Shown here piece after piece: positions 36,129 through 46,001 of a stretch of 64,000 nucleotides of DNA (its first letter is position 1; the number at the start of each line of letters is the position of its first letter). Source of the DNA: Desulfobacterales bacterium (GTDB lineage Bacteria > Desulfobacterota > Desulfobacteria > Desulfobacterales > JAABRJ01); contig JAWOJK010000038.1 of the NCBI GenBank assembly GCA_046481705.1, positions 15,353 to 79,352 of the forward strand, given 5' to 3'. The notes beneath the pieces are model-generated. The model was not told where the DNA came from and searched no databases. It saw nothing but the letters and a program-made list of their open reading frames with translations. The translations under genes and the position numbers were made by a program.

Positions 36129-38549
36129 ATGAAGGTTAGTTTAAGCTGGCTCAAAGCCTATGTCGCCGTTGAAATGCCGGTTGACGAACTGGCCGAAGCG
36201 CTCACCATGGCCGGTCTCGAAGTTGAGGCGGTCACCGATCGCTGCAGCCGCCTGGAGACCGTTGTGGTGGGACGTGTTGCCGAAGTGGCGCCCCACCCGC
36301 GCGCGGATCACCTCAAGTGCTGTCGGGTGGACATCGGCGGCCGAAACCTTTCCGTGGTCTGCGGCGCCCCCAACGTGGCCCAGGGCCAGCTCGCACCGCT
36401 GGCCCTGCCGGGCACTGAACTGCCCGGTGGTGGACGGCTTCAGGAAGGACTCATTCGCGGAGAGCTTTCCGAAGGCATGCTCTGCAGCCAGGCCGAGCTG
36501 GAACTCGGACCGGATGCCGGCGGCATCATGGTCCTTGCGGCCGGCACGGCCCAACCGGGCACGCCCCTGAACCGGGCCCTCAACCTCTCCGACCCTGTTC
36601 TGGAAATCGGCCTGACCCCCAACCGACCGGACTGCCTGAGCATTCTGGGGGTGGCCCGTGAAGTCGCGGCCATCCAGAAGACCCCCTTGCGCCTGCCGGA
36701 TCCGCCTCCTGCGGCGCCGGGCAACGCCACCGCGCAGCAGGCCGCCGTCACCATCGAGGCTCCCGAGCACTGTTCGCGCTATGCGGCCCGCCTTCTGCAC
36801 GGCATCACCGTCGGTCCTTCGCCCCACTGGCTGCAGGACCGTTTGCGCTCGATTGGGCTGAAACCGATCAACAACGTGGTCGACATCACCAACTTCGTCA
36901 TGATGGAAACCGGTCAGCCGCTCCACGCTTTCGATTTTGACCGTCTTGCCGAACACCGCATCGTCGTCCGAACGGCCGCTGCGGGCGAGCGCTTCACCAC
37001 CCTGGATGGCAAAGAGCGTGAGCTGACCCCCGACATGCTGATGATCTGCGACGGGCAAAAACCGGTCGCCATCGCCGGTGTGATGGGGGGGCTCAACTCA
37101 GAAATTGAGGCCGATTCCCGCTCGGTTTTGATCGAAAGCGCCCACTTCGACCCGGTCAGCATCCGCAAAACCGCCAAAGCCCTGGGGCTGAACACCGATG
37201 CGGCCCACCGCTTCGAAAGAGGGGTGGACCCGGAGGGCACCCTTGTCGCCCTGAACCGCGCAGCCCATCTCATGCAGCAGCTGGCCGGCGGCATGCCGGC
37301 GAGCGACGCGATTGATGTCCACCCCCGCAAGATCGCCGCCCCCCGGATTCTCCTGAGCGTCGCGGCCACCAATCGGCTCCTGGGCCTGGCGCTGAACGCC
37401 GAGGAGATTGCGACGTTCCTGACCGCCATCGCCTTCGAGGTCAGCCCCAGGGATACCGAAAGTCTCGAGGTCACACCGCCGTCTTTCCGGGTCGATGTCA
37501 CCCGACCGGAGGATTTGATGGAAGAAGTGGCCCGATTGTCCGGGTACAACCGGATTCCCACGACGTTTCCGTTGATTCCGGCCAAAGGCCGCACGGTTTC
37601 CCGCTATATCGAGACGCGTGAACGCGTGCGCGACACGCTGGTGGGGGCCGGGTTTTGCGAAGCCATCACTTACAGCTTCATTCACGCGGCTTCCTGCGAG
37701 CGCCTGAACCTTGCGGCCGATGACCCGCGACGCTGCCAGGTCCAGATTCTGAACCCGATCACCGAAGACCAGACCACCATGCGCTCCTCGCTGCTGCCGG
37801 GTTTGCTCGAGACCCTGCAGCGCAATGCCGCCCAGCAGGTCAAAACCCTGCGGCTTTTCGAGGTGGGCAAAACTTTCGTCAAGGAAACGGCCAGCGCCGA
37901 ATTGCCGGTTGAAACGGAGATGCTGGCCGCCCTGTGGACCGGCCTGCGCGGCGAAGAGGGCTGGTTTGCCAAACCGGCAGGGTGTGATTTCTACGATATC
38001 AAAGGGATCGCCGAGAGACTGCTTCAGGCGCTGGGGGTCGAAGCGGTTAAATTTTCCCGGTTGGCACCCGAAGACTGCCGCTACGCCCGACCCGGCGCAA
38101 CGGCCCACATATTTAGCGGCCCCCAGGTGATCGGCACCATCGGGGAAGTCCATCCGCAGGTACTCCTGAACTATAGCCTGAAGCAACCCGCGTTTTTTTT
38201 CGAAATCGACATGGACCGCCTGTTCCCCTTCATTCCCAAGGTGCGACTGGCGTCGCCGCTGCCCAAGTTCCCGTTTGTGGAGCGCGACCTGACGGTGATC
38301 CTCGACACCGCGATCGAAGCCGGCGAGATCCTTTCCGCGCTGAGCGGTCCCGACGAAAAACTGGTGGAAAGCCTCCGACTGCTCGCCGTGTACACGGGCC
38401 CCCCGATACCGGAGGACAAAAAAAGCGTCTCGATACGCATCACGTATCGGTCCGACAGCGAAACACTGGAGGACGCGGCCGTCACCCGCGTTCACCAGCA
38501 GCTGTCCGATAGGGTCCTGGCACGTTTCGGGGCCACCCTGCCGGTTTAA
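36129..38549 (+). CDS. pheT: phenylalanine--tRNA ligase beta subunit
   Basis: MKVSLSWLK start, with tRNA-binding, B3/4, B5 and FDX-ACB domain order. 806 aa. Confidence 0.9.
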   Translation: MKVSLSWLKAYVAVEMPVDELAEALTMAGLEVEAVTDRCSRLETVVVGRVAEVAPHPRADHLKCCRVDIGGRNLSVVCGAPNVAQGQLAPLALPGTELPGGGRLQEGLIRGELSEGMLCSQAELELGPDAGGIMVLAAGTAQPGTPLNRALNLSDPVLEIGLTPNRPDCLSILGVAREVAAIQKTPLRLPDPPPAAPGNATAQQAAVTIEAPEHCSRYAARLLHGITVGPSPHWLQDRLRSIGLKPINNVVDITNFVMMETGQPLHAFDFDRLAEHRIVVRTAAAGERFTTLDGKERELTPDMLMICDGQKPVAIAGVMGGLNSEIEADSRSVLIESAHFDPVSIRKTAKALGLNTDAAHRFERGVDPEGTLVALNRAAHLMQQLAGGMPASDAIDVHPRKIAAPRILLSVAATNRLLGLALNAEEIATFLTAIAFEVSPRDTESLEVTPPSFRVDVTRPEDLMEEVARLSGYNRIPTTFPLIPAKGRTVSRYIETRERVRDTLVGAGFCEAITYSFIHAASCERLNLAADDPRRCQVQILNPITEDQTTMRSSLLPGLLETLQRNAAQQVKTLRLFEVGKTFVKETASAELPVETEMLAALWTGLRGEEGWFAKPAGCDFYDIKGIAERLLQALGVEAVKFSRLAPEDCRYARPGATAHIFSGPQVIGTIGEVHPQVLLNYSLKQPAFFFEIDMDRLFPFIPKVRLASPLPKFPFVERDLTVILDTAIEAGEILSALSGPDEKLVESLRLLAVYTGPPIPEDKKSVSIRITYRSDSETLEDAAVTRVHQQLSDRVLARFGATLPV

Positions 38550-38584
38550 ACGGCAACCTGTAAAGCTTTGAGGGGCGACCCGGT

Positions 38585-38926
38585 ATGGCCACTCCCCGCC
38601 TGCCACCTGAAATACCGGATAAGTTTTACTTCAAAATCGGTGAGGTGGGCGCCCTCACCGGGCTGCCGACCTACGTTCTGCGTTTCTGGGAAACCGAGTT
38701 CAAACAGATCCGGCCGAAGAGAGCCTCTTCCGGCCAGCGGCTCTACCGCAAAAAGGATGTGGCGCTGATCCTGGAAATCAAGCACCTCCTGTATGATCGA
38801 AAATTCACGATCCAGGGCGCCAAGCAATCCCTGGGCGGCCGCCAGGTCCCGCCGCCGCCACCAACCTTGGCCGAAATTCGCGAGGAGCTGAAGGCCATTC
38901 GCAGGCTTCTGGAAAAACCCCTGTAG
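38585..38926 (+). CDS. MerR-family transcriptional regulator
   Basis: HTH segment YFKIGEVGALTGLPTYVLRFWETEF...R..SGQRLY. Confidence 0.75.
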   Translation: MATPRLPPEIPDKFYFKIGEVGALTGLPTYVLRFWETEFKQIRPKRASSGQRLYRKKDVALILEIKHLLYDRKFTIQGAKQSLGGRQVPPPPPTLAEIREELKAIRRLLEKPL

Positions 38927-39039
38927 CCGCTGCCGCAGCAGGCGCAGCCCTGTCGAAAGGCCCTGGATGGATTTGAGCCGCAGCCGTCAGCCCCCCCGAG
39001 GTGGAAAAGGCCGCGCCGATGGATCCACCTAAAATTCTG

Positions 39040-39068
39040 TTGACAATTTTTTTTTTTTGCCCTATCTT
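39040..39068 (+). promoter_or_regulatory. putative sigma70 promoter of tRNA-Gly / the rimP-nusA-infB operon (TTGACA-N17-TATCTT)
   Basis: Consensus -35, T-rich 17-nt spacer, and a -10 ending 14 nt before the tRNA. Confidence 0.5.
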
Positions 39069-39082
39069 ACCGTCCTTGGAAA

Positions 39083-39158
39083 GCGGGCATAGCTCAGTTG
39101 GTAGAGTACAAGCTTCCCAAGCTTGGTGTCGCGAGTTCGAATCTCGTTGCCCGCTCCA
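39083..39158 (+). tRNA. tRNA-Gly (anticodon CCC)
   Basis: Acceptor GCGGGCA/TGCCCGC, anticodon arm CAAGC-TTCCCAA-GCTTG, GTTCGAATC T-loop and encoded CCA. Confidence 0.9.
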
Positions 39159-39289
39159 ACCCTGTTTGCCGTTTCCGGAATTTCGAGATTTCGGGTGAGA
39201 CTTTTGTGTGGCGTGATGCATTCAATGGTAGTTGCATGAATTCCTAACTTTCTCGATCCACTAGAAAAGGTTTACTTGCCACCAAGGGA

Positions 39290-39318
39290 AACGGGCTGAA
39301 GCCCGTTTTTTGTTTTTT
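39290..39318 (+). terminator. intrinsic terminator between tRNA-Gly and rimP (candidate attenuator)
   Basis: AACGGGC-TGAA-GCCCGTT followed by TTTTTGTTTTTT, 20 nt before the rimP start. Confidence 0.7.
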
Positions 39319-39338
39319 ATGGGAGCCATCCAAGTAAC

Positions 39339-39887
39339 GTGACTGCCCGACCAAAGAAGCCCAGGGACAGCGGCCGGAAGTCCTCTGCGGAGGCGCTCGA
39401 AGACCGCCTTTCAAATCGCAGGGAGCAGGAAATCGCCCAACGGGTCAAGGATCTGGTGCGGCCCGCATGCGAAGCCGAAGGCCTTGAGTTAATCCATGTG
39501 GAGTACCGACGTGAACCGGTCGGCAGGGTTCTGCGGGTGTATCTGGACAAGCCTGGCGGCATCACCCTGGGCGACTGCTCCCAGGTCAGCCGACAGGTCA
39601 GCGACCTGCTGGATGTGGCCTTGGACGTCGCGGAACCCTACAGCCTGGAGGTGACCTCCCCGGGGCCGAACCGTCCGCTGGGGGAAAAAGAGGATTTTGA
39701 CAGATTCGTGGGGCAGTGGGCCAAGGTAAGGGTTGCAAGGCCGATTGAGGGGCAAAAAAACTTCACCGGGGTCTTGAAAGGCACGGCGGGAGATGCGGTT
39801 CGGCTCGAAGCCGGGGAAAAGACCGTTGACATCCCGTTTGAGCTGATCACCAGGGCCCGGCTTGTGGAAAGCAGCGGGGAGAGCTGA
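39339..39887 (+). CDS. rimP: ribosome maturation factor RimP
   Basis: GLELIHVEY...LRVYLDKPGGITLGDC...SLEVTSPG pattern, directly upstream of nusA. The GTG start and long basic N-terminal extension are uncertain. Confidence 0.75.
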   Translation: MTARPKKPRDSGRKSSAEALEDRLSNRREQEIAQRVKDLVRPACEAEGLELIHVEYRREPVGRVLRVYLDKPGGITLGDCSQVSRQVSDLLDVALDVAEPYSLEVTSPGPNRPLGEKEDFDRFVGQWAKVRVARPIEGQKNFTGVLKGTAGDAVRLEAGEKTVDIPFELITRARLVESSGES

Positions 39888-41347
39888 TGTTTATCGCAGA
39901 CATAAAACGAGTTATCGAGCAGGTCAGCCGCGACAAGGGAATTGATCGTGAGGTTCTCGTCAAAGCCGTTGAGGAAGCGCTTCGGTCGGCCGCCAGAAAA
40001 AAATTCGGCGGCAAAATCGACATCGAAGTACAGTACAGCGATGAAACGGGGGAGGTAGAGGTTTTCAAGTTTCTCGAAGTCGTCGAGGACGTGTCCGATC
40101 CGGATCTTCAGATCAGCATGGAAGACGGTCAGACGTTGGACCCGGACTGTGAGGTGGGCGACAGCCTGGGCATCAAAATGGACACCTCCACCTTTGGCCG
40201 TATAGCGGCCCAGTCTGCAAAGCAGGTCATCATTCAGAAAATGAAAGACGCCGAACGGGACGCCGTCTACGCCAGCTTTATCGATCGCAAGGGGGAAATC
40301 ATCAACGGCATCGTCCAGCGCATCGACCGCGGGGATATCATCGTCAACCTGGGCCAGACCGAGGCGGTTCTGCCCCATCGCGAACAGGTTCCCCGAGAGT
40401 CCTACCGGCGCGGCGACCGGGTCCGGGCCTACATTCTGGATGTCCTTCAGGACACCCGCGGCCCCCAGGTGGTCCTTTCCCGGACCCACGCCAATTTCTT
40501 AAACAATCTCTTCCGCACCGAGGTTCCCGAAATCAGCGAGGGCATTGTGGAGATCAAGGCGGCGGCGCGTGAACCGGGGAGCCGCTCCAAAATTGCCGTG
40601 GCATCCCACGACTCGGACATCGACCCGGTCGGCGCTTGCGTCGGCATGAAGGGCAGCCGCGTCCAGAGCGTCGTCCAGGAACTTCGGGGGGAAAAAATCG
40701 ACATCATTCCCTGGCATATCGATTCGGCCAAATTTGTTTGTAATGCCTTGGCCCCGGCGGAGATTTCACGGGTGATCATCGATGAAGAAAACCGATCGAT
40801 GGAGGTGATCGTCCCCGACGAGTTTCTTTCCGTGGCCATCGGCAAACGCGGCCAGAATGTGCGCCTGGCGTCCAAGCTGACCGGCTGGCACCTTGATGTC
40901 AGAAGCGAAGAGCTCTACAATCAGGACATGCAGGCCGGTTACGATTCGCTGCTTTCGCTGCCTGAGGTCAGCACCAGCCTGGCGGACGCACTTGTCGAAA
41001 AAGGGTTTTATTCGGCCGCTGAAATCAGTCATGCCGTCGTGGACGACCTGCTTGCGGTGCGGGGCATGTCCGAGGAGGAAGCGGCCCGGTTGATCCTGGT
41101 CTCCCGTGATGCCGTGCGGCAGGCGGCCGAAGCTGCGGCCCAGGCCAAAGCGCAGGCCGCCGCAGCGGCCTCGGAAGATGCCGAGCAAGCGGCGGCGGCC
41201 GCAACCAGCACGGAGACCGCATCTGATACGACTGATACGACTGATACGACTGATACGACTGAGGCCGAAACGCAAGCGGAACCCGCGACGAGGGCAGCCG
41301 AAGACAGCGCCGCACCGGCCGAGGGCGCTGAAAAACCGACAGACTAA
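39887..41347 (+). CDS. nusA: transcription termination/antitermination factor NusA
   Basis: S1 and KH1/KH2 region ([35 protein letters not shown]), plus an acidic low-complexity tail. Confidence 0.9.
   Translation: MFIADIKRVIEQVSRDKGIDREVLVKAVEEALRSAARKKFGGKIDIEVQYSDETGEVEVFKFLEVVEDVSDPDLQISMEDGQTLDPDCEVGDSLGIKMDTSTFGRIAAQSAKQVIIQKMKDAERDAVYASFIDRKGEIINGIVQRIDRGDIIVNLGQTEAVLPHREQVPRESYRRGDRVRAYILDVLQDTRGPQVVLSRTHANFLNNLFRTEVPEISEGIVEIKAAAREPGSRSKIAVASHDSDIDPVGACVGMKGSRVQSVVQELRGEKIDIIPWHIDSAKFVCNALAPAEISRVIIDEENRSMEVIVPDEFLSVAIGKRGQNVRLASKLTGWHLDVRSEELYNQDMQAGYDSLLSLPEVSTSLADALVEKGFYSAAEISHAVVDDLLAVRGMSEEEAARLILVSRDAVRQAAEAAAQAKAQAAAAASEDAEQAAAAATSTETASDTTDTTDTTDTTEAETQAEPATRAAEDSAAPAEGAEKPTD
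41223..41262 (+). repeat. 9-bp tandem repeat CTGATACGA x4 (+ partial) inside the nusA tail, encoding (DTT)n
   Basis: Four perfect head-to-tail copies, read directly from the sequence. Confidence 0.9.
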
Positions 41348-41475
41348 TCGTCCGTTCTGACCTTCAGGCCGGGGCCTGAAGCGCCATCAGGGTGGATACG
41401 ACGGGCCGGGCAAACCGACGCCGGTTGAAGATTGCGGCGTCCCGGGGCCTTACATCAAAAGACGAGGGGGGATGG

Positions 41476-44202
41476 ATGGCAAAGATCAGGATCTATGAGC
41501 TTGCCAGAGAACTCAACATGAAAAACAAAGCGCTGCTCGACAAATTGGCGGAATTGAAAATCTCCGTGCGCAGTCATATGAGTTCTCTGGAGGACGAGAC
41601 CGTGGCCCAAATCAAGCGCTCACTCTTCGGCAAGAAGGCTGCCGCCGTCGAAGTGACCCGCGTTCGGCCGACCGTCATTCGCCGCCGCAAACGGGACGTT
41701 GAAACACCGGAAAAAGAGGCCGTTGCCGCGCCCGAAGCCCCGTCGGAGGACATCACCGCTGTCGCAGCCGAGGCCCCGGCGGTGGAACCGGTGAGCAGTC
41801 AACCGGAACTCGAGGAAGCCGAAACCATTGAACCCCCCGAGGTTTCCCCCCTGCCCGAGACCCCGGTCGTTGAAGCGCCGGTTCCGGAGGCCCTCACCCC
41901 CGCCGCGGAATCGCAGCCCGAAGAAGCCCCCGCCGCGCCTGCTGCCGCTGAACCTGAAGCCCCGACCACCGACACCCCGGCAGAGGCACCCCAGATCATT
42001 GAAGCCGAAGTCCCAGCCCCTCCCGAAAAGCCCGCCAAGGCCAAGGTCGAAAAGCCGGCCAAGGTGAAACGCAAGAAAGGGGACACCATCGCCAAGATTA
42101 TCAGCCTGCCGACCCGGGAAGTGGTGCGGGCCCTCCAGGCGGAAAAGGAGGAGCGGGTCGAGGCCGAAGCCCCCGCGGCCAGAGTCGAGCGCAAGGTTGA
42201 CACCCCGGCCCCCGTGAGCCCCGAAGAAACGGCAGCACGCGAGGTTCGCAAGAAAAAAGGTAAAAAACGGGAGGAAGAGCCGGCCCCGGAAAAGAAGTTG
42301 GCCAAGAAAAAGGACGCCTTCCGCCGCAAGGAAGTCGTCGAAGGCGCCGATCTATATGCCAGCGGCGGCCGCGGCCGCAAGGGCCGCAAGGGCGGCAAGA
42401 TCAAGGTCGCCAAGGGCCAGAAAACGCAAATCACCACACCCAAGGCGATCAAGCGGCGGATCAAGGTCGACGACGCCATCGTGCTTTCCGAACTGGCCAA
42501 GCGCATGGGGATCAAGGCCAATGAGATCATCGGCAAGCTCATGGGGTTGGGGGTGATGGTGACCGTCAATCAAACCATCGATTACGAGACCGCCGTGCTG
42601 GTGGCATCGGAGTTTAATTTCGAAGTGGAGAAGGCCGCCTTTGAAGAGGAGACCATCCTGAAGGCCGCAACGGATGAACCGGATCAGCTGTTGCCCCGCC
42701 CGCCCGTGGTCACCATCATGGGCCACGTCGACCACGGCAAGACCTCGCTGCTGGACGTCATCCGCCAAACGCGCGTGACGGAAGGCGAAGCCGGCGGCAT
42801 CACCCAGCATATCGGCGCCTACAACGTCTCGACCCCCAGGGGGCAGATCGTTTTTCTGGACACCCCCGGTCATGAGGCGTTTACCGCGATGCGCGCCCGC
42901 GGGGCGCAGGTAACCGACATCGTCATCCTGGTGGTCGCAGCCGACGACGGGGTCATGCCCCAGACCATCGAGGCCATCAACCACGCCAAGGCATCCGAGG
43001 TGCCGATCATCGTCGCGGTCAACAAGATGGACAAACCCAATGCCGATCCCGACCGCGTTCAGCGGCAGCTGGCCGAAGTCGGTCTGATGCCGGAGGACTG
43101 GGGCGGGGACACCATTTTTGTCAAGGTTTCCGCCAAACAGAACCAGGGAATTGACGGCCTGCTGGAAATGATCCTGCTCCAATCCGAAGTTCTGGAGCTC
43201 AAGGCCAACCCCAACAAGCTGGCCAGCGGGCACGTGGTGGAGTCCAAGCTGGATTCCGGCCGCGGACCGGTGGCCACGATCCTGATCCAGGACGGCACCC
43301 TGCGAGCCGGGGACCCCATCGTGTGCGGCATCTACTCCGGCAAGGTGCGGGCGATGCTCAACGACCTCGGGCTGCCGGTGGATGAGGCCGGCCCGTCGAT
43401 TCCGGTGGAAATTTTAGGCCTCACCGGAGTTCCGGGCGCCGGCGACGAATTCGTGGCTCTGGCCGATGAAAAGAACGCCCGGCAGGTCAGCCAGCACCGT
43501 GCGCAGAAGCAACGCGCCAAGGAGCTGGCCAAAACCAGCCGGGTCAGCCTCGAAAGCCTCTTTGAAAGGATGAAAGAGGGCGAGGTCAAGGACCTCAACC
43601 TGATCATCAAGGCCGATGTGGACGGCTCCATCGAAGCCCTGCGGGATTCCCTGATCAAGCTGTCCAACGAAGAGGTTAAAATCAACGTGATCCACGCCGC
43701 CACCGGCACCATCACGGAATCCGATGTTTCCCTGGCCGCCGTTTCCGATGCGATCATCATCGGCTTCAACGTCCGCCCCAACACCAAGGTGGCGGAAATG
43801 GCAAACGAGGAGCATGTCGACGTTCGCTACCACAACATCATCTACAACGTGATCAAAGAGGTCAAGGACGCGATCGTCGGCATGATGGAGTCGACTTACG
43901 AGGAACGGATCCTGGGCCTGGCCGAAGTCCGTGAGGTCTTTCACGTACCCAAGGTCGGCGCCATCGCCGGCGCCTACGTGACCGAGGGCAAAATCGAGCG
44001 CGGGCAGCGGGTGCGCCTGCTGCGCGACGGCATCATCCAGTTCGAGGGCAAGATCGCGTCGCTGCGGCGCTTCAAGGATGATGTCAAAGAGGTCCTGCGC
44101 GGCTACGAGTGCGGTATCGGGATCGAGAACTACAACGATATCAAGGTCGGGGACGAAATTCAGTGCTTCTTCCTCGAAGAAATCAAACCGGCGCTGGCCT
44201 GA
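41476..44202 (+). CDS. infB: translation initiation factor IF-2
   Basis: [14 protein letters not shown] start, G-domain [14 protein letters not shown] / DTPGHEAF / NKMD, and a Pro/Ala/Glu-rich N-terminal region. Confidence 0.9.
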   Translation: MAKIRIYELARELNMKNKALLDKLAELKISVRSHMSSLEDETVAQIKRSLFGKKAAAVEVTRVRPTVIRRRKRDVETPEKEAVAAPEAPSEDITAVAAEAPAVEPVSSQPELEEAETIEPPEVSPLPETPVVEAPVPEALTPAAESQPEEAPAAPAAAEPEAPTTDTPAEAPQIIEAEVPAPPEKPAKAKVEKPAKVKRKKGDTIAKIISLPTREVVRALQAEKEERVEAEAPAARVERKVDTPAPVSPEETAAREVRKKKGKKREEEPAPEKKLAKKKDAFRRKEVVEGADLYASGGRGRKGRKGGKIKVAKGQKTQITTPKAIKRRIKVDDAIVLSELAKRMGIKANEIIGKLMGLGVMVTVNQTIDYETAVLVASEFNFEVEKAAFEEETILKAATDEPDQLLPRPPVVTIMGHVDHGKTSLLDVIRQTRVTEGEAGGITQHIGAYNVSTPRGQIVFLDTPGHEAFTAMRARGAQVTDIVILVVAADDGVMPQTIEAINHAKASEVPIIVAVNKMDKPNADPDRVQRQLAEVGLMPEDWGGDTIFVKVSAKQNQGIDGLLEMILLQSEVLELKANPNKLASGHVVESKLDSGRGPVATILIQDGTLRAGDPIVCGIYSGKVRAMLNDLGLPVDEAGPSIPVEILGLTGVPGAGDEFVALADEKNARQVSQHRAQKQRAKELAKTSRVSLESLFERMKEGEVKDLNLIIKADVDGSIEALRDSLIKLSNEEVKINVIHAATGTITESDVSLAAVSDAIIIGFNVRPNTKVAEMANEEHVDVRYHNIIYNVIKEVKDAIVGMMESTYEERILGLAEVREVFHVPKVGAIAGAYVTEGKIERGQRVRLLRDGIIQFEGKIASLRRFKDDVKEVLRGYECGIGIENYNDIKVGDEIQCFFLEEIKPALA

Positions 44203-44370
44203 GGGCCCCGGAAAAAAATAATTCCGTAACCTTGCTTGTCTTTTGGCCCGTCACCTGCGTTACATTCGCCGACACATATCTCGATATGCGTCGGCGAATG
44301 CGCCTTGGTGACAAACCAAAATCCGGCGCAATTTTGTGGAATTATTTATTCCCGCGACCCTGATAACCGG
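44196..44370 (+). repeat. structured intergenic repeat, copy B (partner at 23794-23969, minus strand)
   Basis: ~84% identity to copy A by hand alignment. Has a 16-bp stem with one mismatch around CATATC-TC-GATATG. Starts at the infB stop and ends 16 nt before the DUF503 ATG. Confidence 0.7.
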
Positions 44371-44385
44371 CGAGGGAAAGCCCCC

Positions 44386-44673
44386 ATGGTGGTCGGAATC
44401 GGCATCATTACCTTCAGGCTGCACGACTGTCACAGCCTGAAGGCCAAGCGCAGGATCGTTAAAACGATCATTTCCCAGATCCGCAACAATTTCAACGCAT
44501 CGGTGGCGGAGGTCGGCGCCAACGATATCCACCAGCGGGCTGAAATCGGCTTTTCACTCACGGGCAACGACCGTCAGCTGATCAACTCAAAGGTCGATAA
44601 GATATTCAACCTGGCGGAGGACCTGGGGCTGGCCGAAGTCATCGATACGGAAATGGAGCTCATCAGCATATGA
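44386..44673 (+). CDS. DUF503 (YlxP-like) protein
   Basis: MVVGIGIITFRLHDCHSLKAKR... is typical of the small gene between infB and rbfA. Confidence 0.7.
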   Translation: MVVGIGIITFRLHDCHSLKAKRRIVKTIISQIRNNFNASVAEVGANDIHQRAEIGFSLTGNDRQLINSKVDKIFNLAEDLGLAEVIDTEMELISI

Positions 44674-45053
44674 AGCCGTTTTCACGCGCACAGCGGGTCG
44701 GTGGGCAGATCCAACGCATCCTGTCCACGTTCATCCGCAAGGAGATCAAGGACCCCCGGCTGGCACCGGTGATCATCACCGGGATAAAAATGACCCGTGA
44801 TCTGCGGATCGCCAGGATTTTCTACACCATTCAAAGTGCCATGCCCGCAGCCGGGCGCGAGGCGGCGGCCGAAGGCCTGGAAAGCGCCAAAGGCTACCTG
44901 AAACGGTCTCTGGCGGCCGAACTGGGCTTGCGCTACATGCCGGATCTCCAGTTTTTTTATGATGATTCCTTGGATTACGGCGCACATATCGACCAACTGC
45001 TTGAATCGATAAAATCGGATCATGGACCAGATCATTCGCCATCTGAAGAGTAG
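44670..45053 (+). CDS. rbfA: ribosome-binding factor A
   Basis: RAQRVGGQIQRILS...KDPRL pattern, with a 4-nt start/stop overlap with the upstream gene. Confidence 0.85.
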   Translation: MKPFSRAQRVGGQIQRILSTFIRKEIKDPRLAPVIITGIKMTRDLRIARIFYTIQSAMPAAGREAAAEGLESAKGYLKRSLAAELGLRYMPDLQFFYDDSLDYGAHIDQLLESIKSDHGPDHSPSEE

Positions 45054-45993
45054 CCACCGGGTATTTTTAGCGTCCCACACCCAACCGGATGGTGACGCCA
45101 TCGGTTCCTTGCTGGCCTTGGGGCTTTCGCTGGCCCACCTCAATATCCGCACCGCGCTCTTCAACGAAAGCCATATTCCGGCGGTTTACCGGTTCCTGCC
45201 CGGAGTGGCGGCCATAACCCGCCACTTCGACAGCCAGGCGGGCTTCGACACCGCGGTGATTCTGGACTGTGGCAGCCTGCAACGCATCGGTGCCGCGGCC
45301 ACGCCGGTGGGCCGCATTCCAACGATCATCAACGTCGACCACCACGTGACCAACACCGGCTTTGGCCATTTTCAACTGATCGACACCAGCGCCTGCTCGA
45401 CGGCCGAAATCGTCTTTCGCCTGATCAAGCAGCTCGCCACGCCCATCGACAAGGCCGTTGCGACGGCCATCTACACCGGCATCCTGACCGATACCGGCTC
45501 GTTTCGATTCGCCAATACCAACAGCGCCGCCTTTTCCATCTGTGATGAAATGGTGCGCCGGGGGGTCACCCCGTCCGAGGTGGCCCAGCACGTTTACGGC
45601 ACCTACTCGATGGGGCGCATCAAGTTGTTGAACCTTGCGCTGGATTCCATTGAAATTTCACCCAACGGCAAGCTGTCCCTGATGACCCTGACCCGTCAAA
45701 TGCTGCGCGAAACCAACACCCTGCCCGAGGATGCCGACGGGATCATCAACTACGCCAAGCGCATTCAGGATGTGCGGGTGGCCGTTTTGATTCAGGAAAA
45801 CGGCAACGGCGAGTCGCCGTCAAACGCTCAAGGCCGATTTCACGTCAGCCTGCGCTCTGACGGCACGGTCGACGTGGCGGCAATCGCAGCGGCTTTCGGG
45901 GGTGGCGGACACTGCAACGCCGCAGGCTTCAATATCGAGGCCGACATGGGAGAGTTGAAATCCAGGATTTTCGACTTGGCCCAAAAGATATAG
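45022..45993 (+). CDS. nrnA: DHH/DHHA1 phosphoesterase (NrnA-like oligoribonuclease / pAp phosphatase)
   Basis: Motifs HTQPDGDAIGS, NVDHH and GGGGHCNAAG. Confidence 0.7.
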   Translation: MDQIIRHLKSSHRVFLASHTQPDGDAIGSLLALGLSLAHLNIRTALFNESHIPAVYRFLPGVAAITRHFDSQAGFDTAVILDCGSLQRIGAAATPVGRIPTIINVDHHVTNTGFGHFQLIDTSACSTAEIVFRLIKQLATPIDKAVATAIYTGILTDTGSFRFANTNSAAFSICDEMVRRGVTPSEVAQHVYGTYSMGRIKLLNLALDSIEISPNGKLSLMTLTRQMLRETNTLPEDADGIINYAKRIQDVRVAVLIQENGNGESPSNAQGRFHVSLRSDGTVDVAAIAAAFGGGGHCNAAGFNIEADMGELKSRIFDLAQKI

Positions 45994-46001
45994 ATTACCG
46001 T

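Noticed and set aside
41700-42420. Repetitive Pro/Ala/Glu/Lys-rich coding stretch in infB as a possible repeat array
   Set aside because: It is the usual low-complexity N-terminal region of IF2. It contains no exact DNA tandem units of note.
44238-44256. Sigma54-like -24/-12 element (TGGCCC-N5-CTGC) inside repeat copy B
   Set aside because: The GG/GC spacing fits, but the hexamers are weak. The corresponding position in copy A reads TTGCCC, without GG, so it is not a conserved feature of the element.
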